Of a stretch of 27,879 bases of DNA, positions 1 to 5,525 are shown in pieces. Each line of letters begins with the position of its first letter. Within the stretch, counting starts at the first letter, position 1. The stretch is from a virus (Duplodnaviria > Caudoviricetes). The DNA is taken from the IMG/VR virus record IMGVR_UViG_3300037483_000369, positions 1-27,879 of that record, one strand, 5' to 3'. The notes beneath the pieces are model-generated. The model ran no database searches and was not told the origin of the DNA. It saw only the letters and a list, made by a program, of their open reading frames with translations. Position numbers and translations under genes: made by a program.

Positions 1-158
1 GCCGAGCCGTACGCCTCCACCGTGGCCGAGTCGTACGCCCGCACCGTGGCCGAGCCGTACGCCTCCACCGTGGCCGAGCCGGACGCCTCCACCGTGGCCG
101 AGTCGTACGCCCGCACCGTGGCCGAGCCGGACGCCCGCACCGTGGCCGAGCCGGACGC
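1..158. repeat. 24-bp coding tandem repeat, 6 full units plus a partial one
   Basis: Units gccgag(c/t)cg(t/g)acgcc(tc/cg)caccgtg start at 1, 25, 49, 73, 97 and 121, with a partial unit at 145. Confidence 0.97.
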
Positions 159-509
159 GATCGCTGGTAGGTCCGTCACCTCGTGCGCGCCGGACGTGTA
201 GATCCGGAGCGCGGCCAGCTCGTCGACCGTCGCCTCGCGCAGGAGCCGCGCGCCACGGCACACGATTTTCCGATCCGTCTCATCGTCACAGGACCCGATC
301 GCGCCCTCGGCCTCTGCCAGGTACACGCGGCACCCCGGCCGCCACCAGCGCGCAGGGTCGTCGGTGAGGTGGATCCCCCAGCGGTACTTGACCAGCTCGC
401 CCTCGACGCGATGCCAGTCACCCGTCGTGTCGCCCTGCGGGAGCGACCATGCCAGGTCGCCGCCGTGGATGCTGGCGCCGTCGGCGCTCACCGTCTTGTA
501 GAGGGTCAT
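1..509 (-). CDS. Phage early protein with C-terminal 8-aa tandem repeats (SATV[R/E]A[Y/S][D/G]), probably beta-solenoid; truncated at window edge
   Basis: Not in the ORF track because it has no stop in the window. Hand translation from ATG 509: MTLYKTVSADGASIHGGDLAWSLP...GIHLTDDPARWW...KIVCRGARLLRE, then the repeats. ATGA overlap with the stop of 506..802. Confidence 0.85.
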   Translation of the reverse strand, partial: MTLYKTVSADGASIHGGDLAWSLPQGDTTGDWHRVEGELVKYRWGIHLTDDPARWWRPGCRVYLAEAEGAIGSCDDETDRKIVCRGARLLREATVDELAALRIYTSGAHEVTDLPAIASGSATVRASGSATVRAYDSATVEASGSATVEAYGSATVRAYDSATVEAYGS

Positions 510-802
510 GGCGCGACCCCAGCGGCGGAGAGGGCGGCGCGGGCGCGCTCGATCACCACGGTCGGCAATACAGCGCCGACCATCTCCGTGACTCCGCACG
601 CGCCGTTCGTGTAGTCGACCTGATCGAGTATGAGCCGCAGCGCCTCGACGAGCCCCGGCCCCGCCGCCATCACCCGGGCCAGCTCGAGCACCTGCTCCGG
701 GGTGTAGTCGGGCGGGCCGTAGATCTGGGCGTGGATGTGGCCGTACTCGTCGATGATGTTGCTCACATTCGACAGCGGGGTGGTTGCGTGGAGGGTGGTC
801 AC
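506..802 (-). CDS. Hypothetical phage early protein (98 aa)
   Basis: Start/stop overlaps with neighbours at both ends; the MAAGPGLVEAL segment resembles the common phage 'AAAP-L-EAL' helix. Confidence 0.75.
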   Translation of the reverse strand: MTTLHATTPLSNVSNIIDEYGHIHAQIYGPPDYTPEQVLELARVMAAGPGLVEALRLILDQVDYTNGACGVTEMVGAVLPTVVIERARAALSAAGVAP

Positions 803-990
803 GCGGCGCTCGCTTCCGGCGCCGACTGGATCGCGCGCTCCGTTGAGAGGTACCGGCCCCAGAGCCGCGCGTCCGCGTCCAGGTAGTCACTCCACCCGAT
901 GGCGCGCGGCAGGTTCGTGGAGGCGGCCCGGTACTCGCTCCACGCTGAGTCGATGAGGGTCCGCTTCTCCTGCTTCGTCAGCCTATCCAT
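799..990 (-). CDS. Hypothetical protein (63 aa), first gene of the leftward operon
   Basis: ATG 990 is preceded by GGGAGGGAG; it lies downstream of the predicted PL. Confidence 0.7.
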   Translation of the reverse strand: MDRLTKQEKRTLIDSAWSEYRAASTNLPRAIGWSDYLDADARLWGRYLSTERAIQSAPEASAA

Positions 991-1089
991 GCTCTCCCTC
1001 CCCTGCGTCCGGTGCTGCGTCCGTGTCTCGGGCCGTTTCCCGTCCCGGTGCGTGCCGGGGTTGCTCGGGGTCGGTGCCGGGCGCTGCAT

Positions 1090-1133
1090 GACTGGAGTTA
1101 TAGTCCAGTCCGAACTGGATTGCAAATCCAGTC
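1090..1133. promoter_or_regulatory. Two tandem 21-bp palindromic operators (OL-like)
   Basis: GACTGGAGTTATAGTCCAGTC at 1090-1110 and AACTGGATTGCAAATCCAGTC at 1113-1133; the same consensus recurs at 1799-1819. Confidence 0.85.
1097..1125 (-). promoter_or_regulatory. Leftward early promoter (PL-like)
   Basis: Minus strand reads TTGCAA-N17-TATAAC; each hexamer lies within one operator. Confidence 0.75.
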
Positions 1134-1212
1134 GCTAGGCGCGCAAGACCCCTAGCGAGAGCGCGCGGTTACGCGCACGGATGGGATGGGGGCGGACTGC
1201 GAAACGGGGGTG

Positions 1213-1398
1213 CTACGCGGGCTCGCTGGCGGCTAGCAGCAGTGCGGAGGCCCTACGAAGCGGGAGTCGAGCGGCGCCAGGGTCTCTTGCGTCCGCCGCG
1301 CGCGAGGCCTGCAGCAGCAGCGGCCCTACCTGCGCCAGAACCTCAATGATTTCAGCGCGCGTCAGCCTCTTGGTGCCGGACTCAGGGCTCACATGCAT
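1213..1398 (-). CDS. Possible small protein downstream of the repressor
   Basis: 61-aa ORF filling the gap between cI and OL; no recognisable motif and no clear RBS. Confidence 0.35.
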   Translation of the reverse strand: MHVSPESGTKRLTRAEIIEVLAQVGPLLLQASRAADARDPGAARLPLRRASALLLAASEPA

Positions 1399-1464
1399 GC
1401 CGCACGGTACCCGCGCGGGCAGTGCGCCGCAATGGGCTAGCGCCGTTGTGCCGCGAACAAGGGA

Positions 1465-1755
1465 CTACCGGAGGGACTGGTCGCGCAAGAGGCGCTCCAC
1501 GAGCAGAGCTTCGCCCCATTCCAGAAACGGGAACAGGTACGGGGCCTCCAGGCGCTCACAGATACGGTTGAGCTCCTCCAGGTAGAACGGGGCGTCGCCG
1601 CGCTCTTTCTTGTAGAGCGCTTCCGCGCCGATGTGCACCAGCGGCGCGAACGCCTCCGTGCTCAGCCGGGTCTTGGTTCGGCGCGCCTTCCGGATGCGCG
1701 CGCCGATCTCCTTGTCATCGTAGCGCTTTGGCGGCTTCACGGTGCCGGGAAGCAT
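1465..1755 (-). CDS. XRE/HTH_3 repressor (cI-like) without an S24 peptidase domain
   Basis: IGARIRKARR..LSTEAFAPLVHIGAEALYKKERG...EELNRICERL fits the XRE helix-turn-helix. It is divergent from a second HTH gene. Start at 1755 (alternative 1794). Confidence 0.8.
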   Translation of the reverse strand: MLPGTVKPPKRYDDKEIGARIRKARRTKTRLSTEAFAPLVHIGAEALYKKERGDAPFYLEELNRICERLEAPYLFPFLEWGEALLVERLLRDQSLR

Positions 1756-1783
1756 AGTCGCGCGCCGCCTCCGTCCACTGTAC

Positions 1784-1812
1784 TTGTGCGACATGAGTGA
1801 CTGGAATATAGT
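1784..1812 (+). promoter_or_regulatory. Rightward early promoter (PR-like), near-leaderless cro transcript
   Basis: TTGTGC-N17-TATAGT; ATG follows at 1822 with no SD. Confidence 0.7.
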
Positions 1813-1819
1813 TCCAGTC
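1799..1819. promoter_or_regulatory. 21-bp palindromic operator (OR-like)
   Basis: GACTGGAATATAGTTCCAGTC covers the -10 box of PR. Confidence 0.85.
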
Positions 1820-1821
1820 CG

Positions 1822-2079
1822 ATGAAGGACACCCGAAACGACAAGAAGCGCATCCGAAGGAGCGTTGGAGCGGCGATCGAGAGCCGCCGAGAGGCGTGTG
1901 GAATCGGCGTCGATGCCCTCGCTAAGGCCTCCAAGGTCGACACCTCGCAGATGGTCAAAATCCTGCGGGGGCGTAGCGGGGTGAGCCTGTACTCGCTGCC
2001 GCGCATCGCCGAAGCGCTGGGGTGCACCCCTTCCGAGTTGCTTGCCGCGGCGTTTCCGGGCGCGGCGAAGGCGGCCTGA
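1822..2079 (+). CDS. Cro-like XRE HTH regulator
   Basis: VGAAIESRREACGIGVDALAKASKVDTSQMVKILRGRSGVSLYSLPRIAEALGCTPSELL is a typical HTH_3 pattern. Confidence 0.88.
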   Translation: MKDTRNDKKRIRRSVGAAIESRREACGIGVDALAKASKVDTSQMVKILRGRSGVSLYSLPRIAEALGCTPSELLAAAFPGAAKAA

Positions 2080-2083
2080 CCTC

Positions 2084-2383
2084 ATGCCCTCCAGCATGCA
2101 GCCTCCGTCTCGCGTCCGCCTCGCCTCCCCGGGTAGCACCCCCTCCACCCTGTGTGATGACCCGCTCCATGACCTAGGGAGGCGACCCGCGGGTCCACGT
2201 GACGCCCCACGACCCGGGGACAAGGTGGGGGCGTGGAAGCTGGGGGTGGGCTGGGCTGGCGCGTGCGTGGACTGCGGCGAGCGCATCGAGCGCGCGGCGC
2301 TACGGTGGACCACTCAGAGTGGTAGGGGGACGGTCCGACTCCATCCGGTGTGCTTTACTCGCCGTCAACTGAGGACCCCGTGA
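2084..2383 (+). CDS. Hypothetical protein with C-terminal CxxC...HxxC Zn ribbon
   Basis: CVDCGERI...LHPVC; start codon uncertain. Confidence 0.5.
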   Translation: MPSSMQPPSRVRLASPGSTPSTLCDDPLHDLGRRPAGPRDAPRPGDKVGAWKLGVGWAGACVDCGERIERAALRWTTQSGRGTVRLHPVCFTRRQLRTP

Positions 2384-2391
2384 CCAGGGCC

Positions 2392-2470
2392 GCCGGCCAC
2401 CCTGCGGGCGCTACGGCAGCTGCGCCCGCCCTCCTTGCAGTTCGCGCCCTCCGAACTGTCGATGGCCGGC
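2392..2470 (+). ncRNA. Predicted 79-nt three-way-junction RNA upstream of the tRNAs
   Basis: Three perfect stems found by hand: 2392-2399/2463-2470, 2404-2411/2422-2429 and 2438-2444/2452-2458. Strand assumed from the PR transcript. Confidence 0.55.
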
Positions 2471-2486
2471 AGGGGGCACTATCTGT

Positions 2487-2560
2487 CGGGGCGTCGTCCA
2501 GCGGCAGGACCGTGGCCCTTGAAGCCAGCGACGCCGGTTCGATTCCGGCCGCCCCATCCA
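2487..2560 (+). tRNA. tRNA-Gln(TTG)-like, atypical (C33, C1:A72, 4-bp anticodon stem)
   Basis: Cloverleaf: D stem GTC/GAC, anticodon arm GTGGC-CCTTGAA-GCCAG, T arm GCCGG-TTCGATT-CCGGC, encoded CCA end. Confidence 0.8.
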
Positions 2561-2564
2561 TCAC

Positions 2565-2638
2565 GCGCGGGTCGTCCAATGGCAGGACGGCAGATTCTGA
2601 CTCTGCTGACGCTGGTTCGACCCCAGCCCCGCGTGCCA
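2565..2638 (+). tRNA. tRNA-Gln(CTG)
   Basis: Acceptor GCGCGGG/CCCGCGT, D stem GTC/GAC, anticodon arm GCAGA-TTCTGAC-TCTGC, T arm GCTGG-TTCGACC-CCAGC, ends G-CCA. Confidence 0.92.
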
Positions 2639-2676
2639 CTTCCCCACGACCGAGCGAGGTCCACGGAGAGCAGAGA

Positions 2677-2703
2677 GCCCGCCCCAGTGTAGACGGGGCG
2701 GGC
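2677..2703 (+). other. GC-rich hairpin after the tRNAs (no U tract)
   Basis: GCCCGCCCC-N9-GGGGCGGGC. Confidence 0.55.
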
Positions 2704-2739
2704 GCCGTACTCACCCCGTAGCCGCACCGGAGGGGGACC

Positions 2740-3039
2740 ATGCAGACCACGCCGAAGCCCGCAGAGAAGCGTCACGAGAACGCTGTCCGGGTCGCGCGCC
2801 GGCTTGTGAAACTGGCGAAGGCTGAGCGCGACCTCCGAGTCCAGGTGGAGATGCAGCGCCTGCGGATCGAGACGCTCACCGACGAGAACGAGCGCCTGCG
2901 CCAGACGGTCACAATGGCGATGGCGAAGATATACCAACCGGAGATCGACTTCGCCGACATGCCGGGCGACCTGGAGGTTGGTGAGTTCGCCGACCTCGCG
3001 GGAGAGCTCGGCCTCCGCGTCCGTCCACGCGTTGAGTAG
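2740..3039 (+). CDS. Hypothetical coiled-coil protein (99 aa)
   Basis: SD GGAGG; heptad-like central segment. Confidence 0.8.
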   Translation: MQTTPKPAEKRHENAVRVARRLVKLAKAERDLRVQVEMQRLRIETLTDENERLRQTVTMAMAKIYQPEIDFADMPGDLEVGEFADLAGELGLRVRPRVE

Positions 3040-3054
3040 GAGGAGGGGGACCGC

Positions 3055-3264
3055 ATGCAGACCACGCCGCTCGCCCGCATCGCCACGGCCCGCGTCAGGC
3101 CGCACTACCCCACGGTGAGAGGTGAGCACGACGCCGCCCCCGCGCAACGCCCCTCGCTGGCCGAGCAGTGCGCTCTGCTCGCCCTCGAGTACGCGCGCAT
3201 CTCGGGGCGGCCGGTGTGCCCGGGAGTGGCGGAGTTCCTGGCTGGCGAGGGGGTGCGGTCGTGA
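3055..3264 (+). CDS. Hypothetical protein (69 aa)
   Basis: Strong SD AGGAGG; GTGA overlap with the next gene. Confidence 0.7.
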   Translation: MQTTPLARIATARVRPHYPTVRGEHDAAPAQRPSLAEQCALLALEYARISGRPVCPGVAEFLAGEGVRS

Positions 3265-3506
3265 TCGTCACTATCACCGTGGCCGTCCGGAAAGTGAACG
3301 GCGTGTACCACTCGCAAGCCGTGGTCCCTCTGTGCCGTTGTTCTATCTATGTGCCCGCGGAAGGCCGTTCCGACTGCAAGGCGGCTGAGGCAGCGGCGCG
3401 CGCGGCCATGGCCGTCATCCTCGCGGAGCTGTCCCTGGGGCGGCTCGCGTGGGTCGAGTACGAGACGATCACGTTCCGGCGGCCGGAGATCGGGGGGCGG
3501 GGGTGA
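3261..3506 (+). CDS. Hypothetical protein (81 aa)
   Basis: GTGA overlaps at both ends. Confidence 0.65.
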   Translation: MIVTITVAVRKVNGVYHSQAVVPLCRCSIYVPAEGRSDCKAAEAAARAAMAVILAELSLGRLAWVEYETITFRRPEIGGRG

Positions 3507-3862
3507 GAGCCACGGCGGAATGGCTCGCCGCGCTCAAGCCCGGCGACGAGGTGGCGGTCAGGATGGGTGGTTTCACGCGGGGATGGGTTGTCCGCGTAGT
3601 GGAGAGGCGGACCGCGACGCAAATCCTCTGCGTGTACCAGGATGGGACCGCCCCCGTCCGCTACCGAGCCGACAACGGTCGCAGCGTCGGCGGCGGGCGC
3701 AGCCATCACCGCATCGAGCCGCTGACGGAGGAGATCCGCGCGGAGCTCCGGCGTGAACGCGACCTGTCCCGGCTGCGCTACGTGAGGTGGGACGAGATGC
3801 CGGACGCGACGCTGCGCGCGGTGTGTGAGGCGCTGGATGCCACCCTGGGGGCGCCTCGATGA
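3503..3862 (+). CDS. Hypothetical protein, probable small SH3-like beta-barrel plus helices
   Basis: WLAALKPGDEVAV...VERRTATQI pattern; overlaps neighbours at both ends. Confidence 0.75.
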   Translation: MRATAEWLAALKPGDEVAVRMGGFTRGWVVRVVERRTATQILCVYQDGTAPVRYRADNGRSVGGGRSHHRIEPLTEEIRAELRRERDLSRLRYVRWDEMPDATLRAVCEALDATLGAPR

Positions 3863-4254
3863 ACCGCCGCCAGACCCGCAACGCTGCTCGGGCCCGCACC
3901 GCCGAGCGGCGCCGAACCGCATCACCCAACGTAGCACAACCCGAGGAGTACACCCATGGCGAAGCTGGAGAAGCTCAAGGAGCGGCTGGCGAAGGCGCAG
4001 CAGAAGCTCGAGGTGGCAGCGAAGGAGGAGCAGTCACTGGCTGTGGAGGTGGACAAGGCGCAACGAGCGCTCGACAAGATCGGATCGAAGCTGGGCAGGG
4101 CGGAGGAGCGCGCGAGCGCGGCGGAGGAGAGGCTGCGGGACGCACAGGCGGCGCTGGACGACAGCACCGCGCAGCCGTAGCGAGCGAGCCCGAGACCCCG
4201 GCCGGCGCGCTGCTGGCGCTGGCCGGGGAGATGTGCGGAGGGAGGGGACGATGA
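3859..4254 (+). CDS. Possible outer ORF enclosing 3956..4180
   Basis: ATGA overlaps at both ends; basic MNRRQTR N-terminus; the middle is Gly/Ala-rich and reads like an off-frame translation. Confidence 0.4.
   Translation: MNRRQTRNAARARTAERRRTASPNVAQPEEYTHGEAGEAQGAAGEGAAEARGGSEGGAVTGCGGGQGATSARQDRIEAGQGGGARERGGGEAAGRTGGAGRQHRAAVASEPETPAGALLALAGEMCGGRGR
3956..4180 (+). CDS. Small all-coiled-coil protein (74 aa)
   Basis: SD GAGGAG; continuous K/E/A/L heptads; mostly G/C third positions. Confidence 0.8.
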   Translation: MAKLEKLKERLAKAQQKLEVAAKEEQSLAVEVDKAQRALDKIGSKLGRAEERASAAEERLRDAQAALDDSTAQP

Positions 4255-4454
4255 CGCGCCGCAAAGAGACGATGCCGACCCGGACGCTCACGCGGGCCGA
4301 AGTAACCGTGATCGAACAAGGGCTTGCCATCCTAATCCACCGGACTGTGGCGTTCCTCGGGCAACCGTGGAAGTCCCCCGCGGAGATCGCCGGCCACCGG
4401 CTCATCCTCGACGCCGCCACATCCGCGCTCAGGAAGATGCGAGGCGCGCCATGA
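4251..4454 (+). CDS. Hypothetical protein (67 aa)
   Basis: SD GGAGGG; ATGA overlap with the next gene. Confidence 0.65.
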   Translation: MTRRKETMPTRTLTRAEVTVIEQGLAILIHRTVAFLGQPWKSPAEIAGHRLILDAATSALRKMRGAP

Positions 4455-4567
4455 CCCCGCTCGCGTTCGTTCTCTTCCTCGCCGTCGGATCGGTCGCACT
4501 GCTCGCCGCGTTCGCACTGACGCACGACGTCGGCTGTACGTGCTCCCGGTGCAGGAGCCGGCCATGA
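4451..4567 (+). CDS. Small membrane peptide (38 aa) with Cys-rich tail
   Basis: MTPLAFVLFLAVGSVALLAAFALTHDVGCTCSRCRSRP; ATGA overlaps at both ends. Confidence 0.65.
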   Translation: MTPLAFVLFLAVGSVALLAAFALTHDVGCTCSRCRSRP

Positions 4568-4796
4568 CCCCCCCTCGCCGCCGTCCTCCTCCTCCTCTCA
4601 GCCCTGACCTGGCTCGCCGGTCTCCTGGCAGTGCCGGCAGGCGGACCGCGCCATCTCCGCCCTCTGGGCCGCCCGCAAGGCCAACCAAGAGCAGCTCGTC
4701 GCGCTCGAACGGGCGAGGGTTGCCGCTCACGACGCGATGCTGATGGCCCGGCAGCGGTACGGGATCGACTGGGTGGAGGGGAGGTGGGACGCATGA
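4564..4796 (+). pseudogene. Small membrane protein gene apparently broken by two +1 insertions (or sequencing errors)
   Basis: Removing one C from C7 (4568-4574) and one G near 4619 gives MTPLAAVLLLLSALTWLAVSWQCRQADRAISALWAARKANQEQL...WDA*, ending in an ATGA overlap. Confidence 0.55.
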
Positions 4797-4860
4797 CCCC
4801 CCTCCTCCTCATCGCCCTGCTGTGCGCGGGGCGTAACGCAGCAATCACAGCGGAGGCAAC

Positions 4861-5178
4861 GTGGAGCAGAAGCCCAGCGTTGGACGGATCGTCCACTACA
4901 AGCTCACGGCGATCGACGCCGGCAGAATCGAGTACGACCGCGAGCTCAGAGGGAGCAGCCCCGTCGCCGTCGGAACCCTCCCTGTCCGCGCCGGAAACCC
5001 AGTTCGAGAGGGGGTCGTCGTCCCGCTCATCATCGTCTGCGTCTGGCCCAACGAGTTCGGAGCCGGCAAGCCGGGCGTCAACGGACAGGCCTTCCTCGAC
5101 GGTAACGACAGCCTCTGGATCACCTCCGCCGGCGAGGGCACCGAACCCGGCCAGTGGTCCTGGCCTCCGCGCGTCTGA
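4861..5178 (+). CDS. Conserved-looking phage hypothetical protein (KPSVGRIVHY...WSWPPRV type)
   Basis: SD GGAGG before GTG; I recall these terminal motifs from small phage proteins (not searched). Confidence 0.85.
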   Translation: MEQKPSVGRIVHYKLTAIDAGRIEYDRELRGSSPVAVGTLPVRAGNPVREGVVVPLIIVCVWPNEFGAGKPGVNGQAFLDGNDSLWITSAGEGTEPGQWSWPPRV

Positions 5179-5285
5179 CCCGTGCCGCCCGGCGCGGGGC
5201 GAGGCAACACCGGCGGCGAGCGCGCCTGTCGCGCCGGAATCCAAACCGATCTGCGTTCCCCAGAACGCGGACTGTGAGTTTCCAG

Positions 5286-5525
5286 ATGGCCCGTAAGCCC
5301 CGCCGCGACTGCCGCCTCTACGACGCCGATGGCCATGAGGTGCTCGTCACCCTCACGTGCACGCGCTGTCGCGCCGTTCGCCCACTGTCACAGTTCGGAC
5401 TCCGGCGGATGGGGAACGGGCAGATCCGGTCGGTGCCGTGGTGCCGGAAGTGCCGCTCAAGGTCGACCGGGGCCCGCGGGCGACAGAGGCTGCTGCCGCT
5501 GGTCATGCCGGCGGTGACACCATGA
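5286..5525 (+). CDS. Small C4 zinc-finger protein
   Basis: CTRC...PLSQFGLRRM...WCRKC; ATGA overlap with the methyltransferase. Confidence 0.8.
   Translation: MARKPRRDCRLYDADGHEVLVTLTCTRCRAVRPLSQFGLRRMGNGQIRSVPWCRKCRSRSTGARGRQRLLPLVMPAVTP

Noticed and set aside
1-158. CRISPR array
   Set aside because: The 24-bp units are contiguous, have no spacers and are in frame within a CDS.
2080-2165. C-rich stretch after cro as a rut/nut element
   Set aside because: No recognisable boxA/boxB, and it can be read as the start of ORF 2084.
2487-2560. tRNA-Ser(TGA) reading of the first tRNA
   Set aside because: Centring the loop on TGA destroys the anticodon stem, and there is no long variable arm.
2487-2638. 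Suppressor tRNAs or a recoded genetic code
   Set aside because: Anticodons are TTG and CTG, not TTA or CTA, and conserved genes end normally at TGA/TAG under code 11.
2487-2638. Prophage attachment site at the tRNAs
   Set aside because: Phage genes lie on both sides, and no duplicated tRNA 3' end or integrase is seen.
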